64,000 nucleotides of DNA from Anaerolineales bacterium (GTDB lineage Bacteria; Chloroflexota; Anaerolineae; Anaerolineales; RBG-16-64-43): assembly GCA_016932475.1 (NCBI GenBank), contig JAFGCU010000056.1:13787-77786 (forward strand), given 5' to 3'. Below the pieces are notes generated by a model. The model was given only the letters and a program-made list of their open reading frames with translations. It was not told where the DNA came from and ran no database searches. Both the position numbers and the translations under genes were made by a program. Below are positions 1-9,061 of the stretch, one piece after another (position 1 is the stretch's first letter; each line of letters begins with the position of its first letter).

Positions 1-2195
1 GGGTAACTATCCCCCATCAATACATTTCCATTATTCTCGCGGCGGCATTGGCGATCGCATGCGGTGCTTTTTCCACGATCTCATCCGGCGAAGCGACGGC
101 GTCGTCGAGTCTCGCATCCGCTTCCCCCACCGCCTTTTCGACCGGCATCACGCGGACCGCGGGCAAACCCGCGGCGACAAACACGAGGCCCGCAACCAAA
201 ACCCTTTTACCAACCGCCTCCTCGACCGCGACCATTTCAGCATCTCTCTTTGCGCCGTATCTGGCGGAACCGCTGCCGCAATTCGCCCTTGCCCGGCTGG
301 GAAAGGGCGCGCTGAACGGCGCGGCGGTTTCACCCTCCGGCGAAGATCTCGCGGTCGCCACGTACATCGGCGTGTATATGTACCGGATGGAGGCGGACGG
401 CGTTCTGCGGGAATTGTGGTTCGTTCCGACGGCGATCCGGATGACGACGGTCGCTTTTTCCCCGGACGGAAAGACGCTGGCGTGCGGATCCCACAACGAC
501 ATGAATTGGGGATATGGGGATGATCCCGACAGCACGGTAGTGATGCTGCTGGAGGCTTCGTCCGGGACGCCGCTCGAGCTCTTCTTCGTCGGCGGGCCGG
601 GCACCGAAATAACGAGCCTTGCCTTCGCTCCGGACGGGAACCGGTTGGCGGCCGGGTACAAAGTCGTCGCCGGAGAAGCCGGGTTGACCGATCTGGGTGT
701 AGCCCTCCTGGATCCGCAAACCGGGAATACCTCCGTCGTGAGTATCATGTATTCGTTGGAATACGAAGCACTCCAGCCCCGGCAGGTCATGGGCTTGTCT
801 TTTTCCCCGGACGGTTCCCTCCTGGCCGTGGGGACGGATTTCCTCGACCCTTCCATGAAAAAAGTGGGCGATGTGCTGCTGATGGACCCCAAGACAGGCG
901 ATACGATTCAAACACTGTCCGGTCATGCCGATGGGGTGCGAAGCACGGAGTTTTCCCCGGACGGGAAACTGCTTGCCTCCGCCGACCGGCAGGGCGTAGT
1001 CATCCTCTGGGACACCGACCGCAGGGAAAAAGTCCGCAGCCTGACAACCGGTTCCCCGGAAAAGAACGGCGTGAACTACTACTGCCTGGGCGGAAACAGC
1101 GGTCGACTTGCGTTTTCCCCGGACGGAAAAACAGTGGCCGCGGGAATGAGCGACGGCCGGATCCACGAATGGAACAGCGCTACAGGCTCGAAAATCCGTA
1201 CGTTCAATGCGCAGAAATCGGGCATCCTCGCGCTCGCCTATTCCGCCGACAGCCTCGAACTGGTCTCGGTTTCCTTCGACCGCAGCGCCGTCCGCTATCG
1301 GGCATCCAGCGGCGCGGTCCTCAAGACCTACTCCCTTGAGGAGCATGCCCAGCTCTCTAGCGTCGCAATTTCCCCCGACAACAAAACCCTTGTGGCGGCG
1401 GATGTATGCGCGGGAGTCGACCTGTGGAACATCGCCGGCCGGGAGACCCTCCTGGCCTTCTACGCCGGACCCACCGCTTACTCTCCGGATGGGAAGACGC
1501 TCGCCACCGCCGGATCCGCTAAATCCATTATCCTTTGGGATACGACCACTTGGAGTCAAAAAACGGTCCTGCGCGGGCACACCGATCTCGTGAACTCGAT
1601 TGCCTTTTCCCCTTCCGGGGAAACGCTGGCTTCGGGCGGCGACGACCAGTCTCTCATCCTCTGGGATGCGGCCTCCGGCGCCAAACTGTGGGTTAAGGCC
1701 GGCCTTGGCGGGTATGTCTCAAACGTGGCCTTTTCACCTGATGGAAAGACCCTGGCCCACACGGCCGGTTCCCCTTCGGATGTCTTCTTCCGCGATCCCG
1801 CCATGGGCGGGCTTGTGGGGACGCTTGGAGAGGATTCCTGGGCGGTTTCGCGAGTGGCATACTCGCCCGACGGGAACTATCTGATGGTGGTGTCCTCTTC
1901 CTCCATGATCTCTGTCTACGGACTCCCCGGATACGAATACCGGGGCAGCCCTGAAGGCGGAACCGATGCCGCCTTTTCACCAGACGGGACGATCGCCGCG
2001 TCGGGCTCGCCCGGCAATCAATACTACCTGGTCAACCTCTGGGAGCCTTCGAGCGGGAAAGACATCGCGGGGTTGACCGGGCACACGTCTTTCGTGATCA
2101 GCGTGGCCTTTTCTCCGGATGGAAAAACGCTGGCTTCTGCGTCCTACGATGGGACGATCCTGCTATGGGACCTGGCGGCGGTTCTCGGAAAATAA
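1..2195 (+). CDS. WD40/beta-propeller repeat protein (5' end probably outside window)
   Basis: ORF track 48..2195. The blade motif (A/V)FSPDGKTLA(S/A)...LWD recurs many times. The listed start is a TTG and the frame stays open back to nt 3, where ISIILAAALAIACGAF looks like a signal/anchor helix followed by an S/T/A-rich linker. Confidence 0.85.
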   Translation, partial: VTIPHQYISIILAAALAIACGAFSTISSGEATASSSLASASPTAFSTGITRTAGKPAATNTRPATKTLLPTASSTATISASLFAPYLAEPLPQFALARLGKGALNGAAVSPSGEDLAVATYIGVYMYRMEADGVLRELWFVPTAIRMTTVAFSPDGKTLACGSHNDMNWGYGDDPDSTVVMLLEASSGTPLELFFVGGPGTEITSLAFAPDGNRLAAGYKVVAGEAGLTDLGVALLDPQTGNTSVVSIMYSLEYEALQPRQVMGLSFSPDGSLLAVGTDFLDPSMKKVGDVLLMDPKTGDTIQTLSGHADGVRSTEFSPDGKLLASADRQGVVILWDTDRREKVRSLTTGSPEKNGVNYYCLGGNSGRLAFSPDGKTVAAGMSDGRIHEWNSATGSKIRTFNAQKSGILALAYSADSLELVSVSFDRSAVRYRASSGAVLKTYSLEEHAQLSSVAISPDNKTLVAADVCAGVDLWNIAGRETLLAFYAGPTAYSPDGKTLATAGSAKSIILWDTTTWSQKTVLRGHTDLVNSIAFSPSGETLASGGDDQSLILWDAASGAKLWVKAGLGGYVSNVAFSPDGKTLAHTAGSPSDVFFRDPAMGGLVGTLGEDSWAVSRVAYSPDGNYLMVVSSSSMISVYGLPGYEYRGSPEGGTDAAFSPDGTIAASGSPGNQYYLVNLWEPSSGKDIAGLTGHTSFVISVAFSPDGKTLASASYDGTILLWDLAAVLGK

Positions 2196-2266
2196 GAGAT
2201 CTCACCCTCTTTCACCTTCCACCCTCTCCCGGAATAGGGGAGGAAGAGATGCGAGCGGTTTGGGGA

Positions 2267-3091
2267 TTATTCTTCCTCTTCCATCCCTATCTTTTGACGG
2301 GCGATTTCCGCCGCCGTAACCGCCGGATGGTGGTACCTTCCTTTGCCAACGGTGTTTCTCCCGCGGATCTGAACCGCCTCCACCGGACACCAATGCAGGC
2401 ATGCGAAACAATACAGACAATTGATGCTTGCGCTCCACTCCGGTTTCCCGTTCTGAATCCGGATCCGCCCGGATGGACAGACTCTTTCGCACAATCCGCA
2501 ACCCGTGCATTTCGAATCCGCGTGGAAGGACCGGGCCATTTCCGGGAAGCGCGCCCGGAAAAAGAATTCCGAAATCGGAGGATACAGGATGCGGCCCAAC
2601 AGGAACACGAGCGGATCATCCTTGTAGCGGTCGACTCTTTTCTCGGCTACCGCTGCCTGGATGTCATTTAGCTTTCCCTGCAGATCCGCCTCCATCCTCG
2701 CGGCGGCATTTTTTGAAGGAAGCGTGAACAGTGGAATGTACGTGCACGGCATTGCGACGATGAACCAGGCGTCCAGTGACTTTCCCTGCGCCGCCAGAAT
2801 TCTATCAAGGTCGTGGAAAACCTTGTCGGAGCATTCGCGGGTGGCCACGGCAAAGAGGTATTTCGTCGATCCCAGGTCCGCACGCCGCAGGAACTGCCGC
2901 ACCAGGTCCGGGGAAGTCAGATTGTGAATCGGGAAAACCAAACCCACCACCTCCGCCGAGGAGGCGGTTTTTCCCCGATTCGCTTCGCGGACCATCGGCA
3001 CGAGATCGGTTTCCCCGAGCCGCTTCCGCAATGCCTTGGCCACGTGCAGGGAATTTCCGGTGCCCGAAAAATAATAAATTTGAGTATTCAT
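2267..3091 (-). CDS. flavodoxin-like / two-[4Fe-4S] ferredoxin fusion (EFR1-type)
   Basis: Inside ORF 2267..3400. N-terminus MNTQIYYFSGTGNSLHVAKAL is flavodoxin-like. C-terminus has CTGCGLCERVCP and CLYCFACLHWCP cluster motifs. ATG at 3089-3091 matches where such proteins start. Confidence 0.85.
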   Translation of the reverse strand: MNTQIYYFSGTGNSLHVAKALRKRLGETDLVPMVREANRGKTASSAEVVGLVFPIHNLTSPDLVRQFLRRADLGSTKYLFAVATRECSDKVFHDLDRILAAQGKSLDAWFIVAMPCTYIPLFTLPSKNAAARMEADLQGKLNDIQAAVAEKRVDRYKDDPLVFLLGRILYPPISEFFFRARFPEMARSFHADSKCTGCGLCERVCPSGRIRIQNGKPEWSASINCLYCFACLHWCPVEAVQIRGRNTVGKGRYHHPAVTAAEIARQKIGMEEEE

Positions 3092-3195
3092 ATCATCCCT
3101 GGAACCTGCTTTCCAGTTTTTGAATTCGGGCATCCTGCCTCCAAGCCGGTCCGCGCGGCAAGGCATCGACAGCCGCTCCCGTCCGGTGGAAGGGA

Positions 3196-3579
3196 TCAGG
3201 ATTCCATCGGGGTCCGGGGATCCTCCCCTTCGCGGATGTACCGCCGCAGCTCCCGCTTGCGTTTCCGGTCGGTGCTGGCACTGCTGGTTTCGCCGAAATT
3301 CACGCCCTTGAACAGGATCCAGGACAGCACCAGCAGTCCCCAGGCCTTCCAGTAATCCAGGCGCGGAAGGCCGAAGATCTCGGGCAGCAGCCAATTCCAC
3401 AGCAGCATGACGAACAGTCCGAACAGCGCGAGCAGGGCGATGCCGCCGATAGCGAACAGAATCCCGAGCAGGACTTTTTCAAGCAGGGTTCGCTCCTCCC
3501 ACCAGGCTTCGAAGCCTTCGCCGTCTTCCTTGCAGGGATCCGGATCAACATCCAAAAGAACATCCTCTTTTTCAGACAT
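3196..3579 (-). CDS. small membrane protein downstream of ECF sigma (possible partner)
   Basis: ORF 3196..3579. Strong RBS GGAGGAGG 6 nt before the ATG. Two hydrophobic helices (LLGILFAIGGIALLALFGLFVMLLWNWLL; AWGLLVLSWILF). Basic C-terminal tail. Confidence 0.7.
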   Translation of the reverse strand: MSEKEDVLLDVDPDPCKEDGEGFEAWWEERTLLEKVLLGILFAIGGIALLALFGLFVMLLWNWLLPEIFGLPRLDYWKAWGLLVLSWILFKGVNFGETSSASTDRKRKRELRRYIREGEDPRTPMES

Positions 3580-3648
3580 GCCATTCCTCCTCCGGGTCCG
3601 ACCCGGTCGTGATTATCGGTCCGGGGTGTTCCCCGGCTTCCGTTCATT

Positions 3649-4212
3649 TCATTCCTCGATCCAATGCCTCAAAGCCCGTGCCAGGTTGCGCAGCGCATAT
3701 CGTTTGCGAGCCGTTAGGGTGTCGATACTTTCGCCCGTTGCAGCCGCGATTTCCCGGAAGGTCAGGCCGCCGAAAACCTGGGCTTCCACCACTTTGCGCT
3801 AGGCCGCCGGAAGGGCATGCAGGGCGTCGTTCAATGCATCCATCAGGCTTTCCCGGACGAACCCGTCCTGCGGGTCCAGGCCGACGCCCGCGATGATCTC
3901 CCGCAGAGTATCTTCCGCCACATCCGTCTCGCCGGATCCGTCACGCACCCGGTCGTGACGCCAGGCGTCGATCATCCTCCGTGTACCCATTGCATTAATC
4001 CAGGCCGGAAGATTGCGGATCTCCGGCACCAGCGGCAGGTGCTCCATGACCTCGGCATAGATATCGTGCACAAGATCCTCCGCCTCTTCCAGCGTGCGTC
4101 CCGCGGCGCGCAGGCGCGCCAGCAGGCGCGGTTTTTCGCGCGTATAGGCTTGCGCAAGATGCTTTTGGGAAACATGCTCAGCCTGTGCTCTGTTGAGTTT
4201 CATCGAATTCAT
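3649..4212 (-). pseudogene. ECF-type sigma-70 factor interrupted by an in-frame TAG (3799-3801)
   Basis: ORF 3799..4212 carries region 2 (DLVHDIYAEVMEH...AWINAMGTRRMIDAWR) and ends ...ALHALPAA-TAG. The same frame continues RKVVEAQVFGGLTFREIAAATGESIDTLTARKRYALRNLARALRHWIEE-TGA (stop 3649-3651), a typical region 4. The total is 186 sense codons. Confidence 0.8.
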
Positions 4213-4336
4213 CTATATCGACGGACATACCGTGTTTTTAGTGTATACGGCTTTTCCCCGGAACCGGACAAGGTGCCCGGTCTTGCTTGCGGTATAATCC
4301 GCGCGATCCCAATCCCGGGATTGTTTGAATAGGCTG

Positions 4337-4399
4337 GTCATGCTGAGCGCAGCCAAGCGCCTTTCCTTTACTGGAGGGATCCTTCGGCCTCAGGGTGAC
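4337..4399. repeat. GTCAY-type hairpin repeat pair (inverted units)
   Basis: gtcatgctgagcgcagccaagcgcc ... (reverse complement) gtcaccctgaggccgaaggatccct. Lies between the sigma and efp genes. Confidence 0.6.
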
Positions 4400-4434
4400 A
4401 TCTCGGCAATCTCATACTAGAAAAGGCAATCGCA

Positions 4435-4992
4435 ATGATTGACGTTAATGACCTCCGCAAGGGCGTGACCTTCGAGCTGGACGGCCGGCTGCTCAAGGTG
4501 ATCGAATACTCCCACAACAAACCCGGCCGCGGCAACGCCACCATCCGCACCAAAGTGCGCGACCTTCGCAACGGAAACGTCCTGGATAAAACCTTCCAGT
4601 CCGGCGACCGCGTCCAGGATATCCGCCTCGACCACCACCAGGCGACCTTCCTGTATTCCGACGGCAATCTGTTCCACTTCATGGATTCGGAAAACTACGA
4701 ACAGACGGCCATCGCCACGGTCGTCGTCGGCGAGAATGCGCCCTACATCCGGGAAGGCCAGGAAGTCAAACTCACCTTCCATGAATCCGAGCCGATCGAC
4801 GTAGAGCTGCCGGCTTCGGTCGACCTCAAGATCGTCAGCGCCGAAATGGGCGTCAAGGGCGATACGGCCACCGGCGCGACCAAGAGCGTGACGACCGAGA
4901 CCGGGTTGAAGGTAAACGTCCCCCTGTTCGTGGAAAACGGCGACACGATCAAGGTCGACACGCGCACCGGGCAGTACCTCACCCGCGCCTAG
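4435..4992 (+). CDS. efp: elongation factor P
   Basis: 185 aa. MIDVNDLRKGVTFELDGRLLKVIEYSHNKPGRGNATIRTKVRDLRNG is the canonical EF-P N-terminus including the KPGRG loop. Confidence 0.97.
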   Translation: MIDVNDLRKGVTFELDGRLLKVIEYSHNKPGRGNATIRTKVRDLRNGNVLDKTFQSGDRVQDIRLDHHQATFLYSDGNLFHFMDSENYEQTAIATVVVGENAPYIREGQEVKLTFHESEPIDVELPASVDLKIVSAEMGVKGDTATGATKSVTTETGLKVNVPLFVENGDTIKVDTRTGQYLTRA

Positions 4993-4996
4993 ACCC

Positions 4997-5320
4997 ATGC
5001 GCACCCGATACGGGAAAGAGTGCACGTACTATTATGAGGATTTCCGGCGCGGCCGGGAACTGCAGGAATGCCGCCTGCTCGGGAAGGACGGCGGGTGGAA
5101 ACCGGTCTTGTGCAAAACGTGCCCCCTGCCCGGCATCCTGCTCGCCAACGCCTGCCCGGAAATGGTGTTGCGCGCAACCGTCTCAAGCGGTATTTTCGGT
5201 TTCGGCCGCCGCGTGATGGTTACCACCTGGTGCCGGCGCACCAACCGTTCCGGTTTCGATCCGCACATCGGCTGCGGGGAATGCCACACGGTCATCAAGG
5301 AAATACATCCGCCGAAGTGA
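4997..5320 (+). CDS. cysteine-rich small protein (hypothetical)
   Basis: ORF 4997..5320 starts 5 nt after the efp stop. Several CxxC-like pairs (CKTCP, CGECH). No recognised family. Confidence 0.55.
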   Translation: MRTRYGKECTYYYEDFRRGRELQECRLLGKDGGWKPVLCKTCPLPGILLANACPEMVLRATVSSGIFGFGRRVMVTTWCRRTNRSGFDPHIGCGECHTVIKEIHPPK

Positions 5321-5331
5321 AACCGCAGGCT

Positions 5332-5447
5332 GTCATCCCGAGATGGCTTCCGCCTTCGGGGGATCGGCAATAAAGGGGGAAGAGTAAGGCCGGCTTTTCA
5401 TAAATGCCTCACCGATCCCTCGGGGTCTGAAGACCCCTCGGGATGAC
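5332..5447. repeat. GTCAY-type hairpin repeat pair (units 5332-5370 forward, 5408-5447 reverse)
   Basis: gtcatcccgagatggcttccgccttcgggggatcggcaa and, reverse-complemented, gtcatcccgaggggtcttcagaccccgagggatcggtgag. Confidence 0.8.
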
Positions 5448-5474
5448 CTTCCATAGGATCGATTCTTCTCCGCC

Positions 5475-6671
5475 ATGATCTCCGCGATACTCTTCGACCT
5501 GGACGATACGCTTCTCGAAAACGACATCGAGCGGTTCCTGCCCGCGTACTTCCGTTCGCTCGGCAAGTTCATGGCGCCCCGGATCGACCCGGCCCGCCTG
5601 CAGGATGCGCTGATGGCCGGCACCGGGGCGATGCTGCAGAACACCGATCCCGAGATCACACTCCAGCAGGCTTTCGAACAGGTCTTTTTCACCAAACTCG
5701 GCATGGATCGGGAGACTCTAACTCCCGAATTCGACCGGTTTTACGCCGAACGCTTCCCTATCCTGAAAGATCTCACCAAACCGGTGGATCAGGCTGTCCA
5801 AGCGGTCGAGCTCGCATTCGGGCTGCGCTGGAAGGTGGCGATCGCGACCAATCCGGTGTTCCCGCTTGCCGCGGTGGAACACCGCCTGGATTGGGCCGGG
5901 CTCGCGCCGGACGTGTACTCATTCGACCTCGTCCCGTCCTACGAAAGCATGCACTTCGCCAAGCCGCATCCGGAATTCGCGGCCGAAGTGCTCGGGCGGA
6001 TCGCCGCCCAGCCCGGCGAGGCGGTGTTCATCGGCAACGACGATGCGGAGGATCTCGCGCCGGCGCGCGCGCTCGGCCTGGCGACCTACCGCGTGATCCG
6101 CGGGCCGGAAGCGGATGCGCCGCCCGTGCGCGGGCAGGGCGCGATGACCCGGCTTGCCCGCGAACTCGAAACCGATCATTGCGAGGCGGTCTTCATGCTT
6201 CCGGCGGATCCCTCGCCCTGCGCCCTGCCGGCGCTGCTTTCCGGCCACCTCGGCGCGATCCTCAACACCTTTCGCGAGAGCCGCTGGTCCTGCTGTCCGC
6301 AGGAGGAAGGCTGGGGCCCGGTTGAGATCGCCTGCCACCTGCGCGACGTGGAGCTTGAGATCACCCAGCCCCGTCTGCGGAAGATGCTGGCCGAAGAGAA
6401 CCCGTACCTCTCGCCGGTCGAATCCGACTCTTGGGCCGAGGAGCGCGGCTACCGCGCGCAGGACGGTCCGCAGGCGCTGCGCGATTTCGCCGCGGCGCGC
6501 AAGGCCACGATCGCCATGCTGCAGGATCTGCAGCGTGCGGATTGGGCGCGCACCGCCCGCCACGCGCTTTTCGGGCCGACCACCCTCGCCGAGCAGGCGC
6601 ACTTCTCCGCCCGCCACGATCTGCTGCACATCGAGCAGCTGCAGGGTTCGGCCGCAGCGGCCGGGGTGTAA
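5475..6671 (+). CDS. HAD-family hydrolase fused to DinB-like domain
   Basis: N-terminus ILFDLDDTLL (HAD DxDxT motif) and later GNDDAEDL. C-terminal half has DinB-type His pattern (IACHLRD...SARHDLLHIEQL). Confidence 0.8.
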   Translation: MISAILFDLDDTLLENDIERFLPAYFRSLGKFMAPRIDPARLQDALMAGTGAMLQNTDPEITLQQAFEQVFFTKLGMDRETLTPEFDRFYAERFPILKDLTKPVDQAVQAVELAFGLRWKVAIATNPVFPLAAVEHRLDWAGLAPDVYSFDLVPSYESMHFAKPHPEFAAEVLGRIAAQPGEAVFIGNDDAEDLAPARALGLATYRVIRGPEADAPPVRGQGAMTRLARELETDHCEAVFMLPADPSPCALPALLSGHLGAILNTFRESRWSCCPQEEGWGPVEIACHLRDVELEITQPRLRKMLAEENPYLSPVESDSWAEERGYRAQDGPQALRDFAAARKATIAMLQDLQRADWARTARHALFGPTTLAEQAHFSARHDLLHIEQLQGSAAAAGV

Positions 6672-6686
6672 GATCCCCCGCAGTAT

Positions 6687-6791
6687 GTCATCCCGAGGGG
6701 TCTTCAGACCCCGAGGGATCGGCAACAAAGAAAAACAAACCCAATAAATTCATCACCGATTCCTCGGGGCCTATAGGCCCCTCGGAATGAC
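6687..6791. repeat. GTCAY-type hairpin repeat pair (units 6687-6726 forward, 6753-6791 reverse)
   Basis: gtcatcccgaggggtcttcagaccccgagggatcggcaac is identical over 36 nt to the reverse complement of 5412-5447. The second unit (reverse complement) is gtcattccgaggggcctataggccccgaggaatcggtgat. Confidence 0.8.
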
Positions 6792-7028
6792 CCCCGCCCC
6801 TTTGCATCCTCTCCGGGGCGGATTTATAATAAGAGCCGTCGCAGGGGGATACCGGCCCGGGTATCATCTCCCGAACGACAAATCCAAAAGGAGGCGCGAA
6901 GCATGGCGCTTCAATCGTTTTACCCCTTCCGCCAACCCCCGCCCCTCCGGCCGGGAGCGCGCCGGCCTGTTCCCCCCGCCGTTATTCAAACCCGCCGACT
7001 CGCATGCAATTTGCCTATTGGAGGTTTT

Positions 7029-8936
7029 ATGCATCCTATCCGGCGGTTTATCACCCGTACTTTGCCGGGCTGCCTGCTGCTGATCACGCTGGGATTCTTC
7101 GTCAAGGCCGATCGCGTCCGCTCGCAAGCCGTGCCGGCCACCCTGCAGATCATCAAAGTGGATTCCAGCGCCTTTCCGGAAATTAAAGTCCAGATTCTCC
7201 TGCTCGGGCCGGGCGGGCTGGAATCCGCCGCGCCATCCCGGGAAAGCCTTACGGTCTCCGAAAACAACAAATCGGTCGAGGTTGAGATCGAGAAACAGGA
7301 GATAGGCGCGGAGATCGGCTTCGTGATGGACGCGGGCACGGGGCTTTACAGCGGCAGCGCCACCGGCGCCAACCGGCTGCAGGAAATGAAGGATGCCATC
7401 TCCGATCTCACCCAGGATCCGCTCCTCCTTACGGGAAAAGATATTTTCTACGTCATCGCCCAGGAGCCGAACGGCTCCCAGGTTTTGGTCAATCCGGAAA
7501 CCCCCGCCACTCAAATCCCGAATATCCTGTCGCAATACAATCCTCCGACCACCTACAACTATTCCTACCCGCTTGGGGGCGTGAGCGCGCTGCTTGATTT
7601 TTACGCCAAGGAAAATTCCGCCGGGCTGGGCCGGGCCCAGGCGATCGTCGTCTTCTCGGGGGATTTGGCCGTCAATAATCAATTTCCGATGGCCAGCGTC
7701 GTGGCCAAGGCCAAGGCGATGGGAATCCGCGTCCACACCGTTTTAGTCCGGCATTCCTTGGCTCAGAAGGAAAAGCTTGAGCAGCTGGCCGCGGAAACCG
7801 GCGGACGGTTCTTCCATTACACGGCCGAGGGAGCCGTGAGCCTTTCCGGACTCAAACCGCTGCTGACCGGCATCCGCACCCAGTACATCCTCACCTACCG
7901 ATCGCCGAACCCGGAAAGCGGCACGCGGGTGGTCGCGGTGAGCATGCAATACGGGCAGAATGAGAAGCCCGCCCTGTCGCAGTATGAGATCACGGTCGAG
8001 CCGCCGGTGGCCGTCATCCGCTCCCCGGGCGAAGACCAGACGGTGAGCCCGGAATCCTACGTTCCGACCGGGGATCCGCAGGCCACGCCCGTCAGCGGGA
8101 TCGTCGTCACCGCGTCGGTCTCCTGGCCGGACGGCCACCCGCGCGCGATCCGTCAGGCGACTCTTTTGGTGAACGGGGAACCGCAATCGGTGTTGAGCGA
8201 ACCTTCGGATCCGCTGACCTTCGTATGGAACCCGACCGGGGAAACCGCGGAAGGGCCGGCCACACTGCAGATTCAAATCGAGGACGAATTGGGGCTGATC
8301 GGCCTGAGCGATCAGATCGTAGTGCGGATCGAAGCCGCATCCATGGGCGGATTCTCCTTCGATTTTTCCCTGAATAACATTCTGGCGATCCTAGCTTTCC
8401 TGCTCGCGGCCACCGCGGTCGTGCTGGTGGTGGTCTTCCGAAAAGAGGTTGCGGGCACCGCCCAGCAGGCTGTCGGCGCCGCGACCGAGTTTATCCAGGA
8501 AGTGGGGGAAACCCTTCGCTTCAAGGGCGGCCGCAGCGGCGCTTCGAAGGCGATGCTCGTGGATCTGGACGGCAGCACCGGCACCGGCCGGTCTTCCTTC
8601 GAGTTGTTCGGAACGACTTCCATGGGCCGGTCGAAGAAGAACGCGGACCTGGTTTTCCAGGCGGCCCAGCCCGACAGCCCGATCAGCCGCCTGCACTGCA
8701 CAATTCTCGAGGAAGACGGCGCTTACTTCCTGCGCGATGATCAGAGCGCGAACGGGACGTATCTGAACGGCGTGCGCCTGGTGCCGATGGACCGCAATCC
8801 GCTCAAGGACGGCGACGAGATCCAGCTCGCCAGTCCAGAGCGCAACGGAGTCCGGCTGCAATTCCGCTGGGGCGGCGGGGGCGGATCGGGCGGCATGGCC
8901 GATACCGAATCCACCAACCGCATGAGCCGGGAGTAA
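7029..8936 (+). CDS. membrane protein: extracytoplasmic vWA-like domain - TM - cytoplasmic FHA domain
   Basis: Inside ORF 6903..8936. ATG at 7029 follows GGAG and gives signal-like MHPIRRFITRTLPGCLLLITLGFFVKA. vWA-like region (IGFVMDAGTG...AIVVFSGD...GIRVHTVLV). TM ILAILAFLLAATAVVLVVVF. FHA (MGRSKKNADLVF...ISRLHCTILEEDGAYFLRDDQSANGTYLNG). Gly-rich tail. Confidence 0.85.
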   Translation: MHPIRRFITRTLPGCLLLITLGFFVKADRVRSQAVPATLQIIKVDSSAFPEIKVQILLLGPGGLESAAPSRESLTVSENNKSVEVEIEKQEIGAEIGFVMDAGTGLYSGSATGANRLQEMKDAISDLTQDPLLLTGKDIFYVIAQEPNGSQVLVNPETPATQIPNILSQYNPPTTYNYSYPLGGVSALLDFYAKENSAGLGRAQAIVVFSGDLAVNNQFPMASVVAKAKAMGIRVHTVLVRHSLAQKEKLEQLAAETGGRFFHYTAEGAVSLSGLKPLLTGIRTQYILTYRSPNPESGTRVVAVSMQYGQNEKPALSQYEITVEPPVAVIRSPGEDQTVSPESYVPTGDPQATPVSGIVVTASVSWPDGHPRAIRQATLLVNGEPQSVLSEPSDPLTFVWNPTGETAEGPATLQIQIEDELGLIGLSDQIVVRIEAASMGGFSFDFSLNNILAILAFLLAATAVVLVVVFRKEVAGTAQQAVGAATEFIQEVGETLRFKGGRSGASKAMLVDLDGSTGTGRSSFELFGTTSMGRSKKNADLVFQAAQPDSPISRLHCTILEEDGAYFLRDDQSANGTYLNGVRLVPMDRNPLKDGDEIQLASPERNGVRLQFRWGGGGGSGGMADTESTNRMSRE

Positions 8937-8942
8937 AACCTT

Positions 8943-9040
8943 TTCACCGCAAAGCCGCGAAGAGCGCAAAGAATTTTTGAGTAATCATTGCGCCTTTTGC
9001 GTCCCCCGGCCCGACCACCGCGGGCATGCTTTGCGGTGAA
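8943..9040. repeat. CAC(G/A)AA(G)-type long imperfect hairpin repeat
   Basis: ttcaccgcaaagccgcgaagagcgcaaag ... gcgccttttgcg ... gctttgcggtgaa. The outer arms are exactly complementary. Confidence 0.6.
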
Positions 9041-9061
9041 AGAAATGTAGTAAAGGGTGCG

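Noticed and set aside
17-1580. Long minus-strand ORFs 17..892 (291 aa) and 330..1580 (416 aa) antisense to the WD40 gene.
   Set aside because: 17..892 shares third-codon positions with the plus-strand frame, the classic high-GC shadow frame. Both translations are Arg/Gly/Pro-rich with no motifs, while the plus frame shows repeated WD40 blades.
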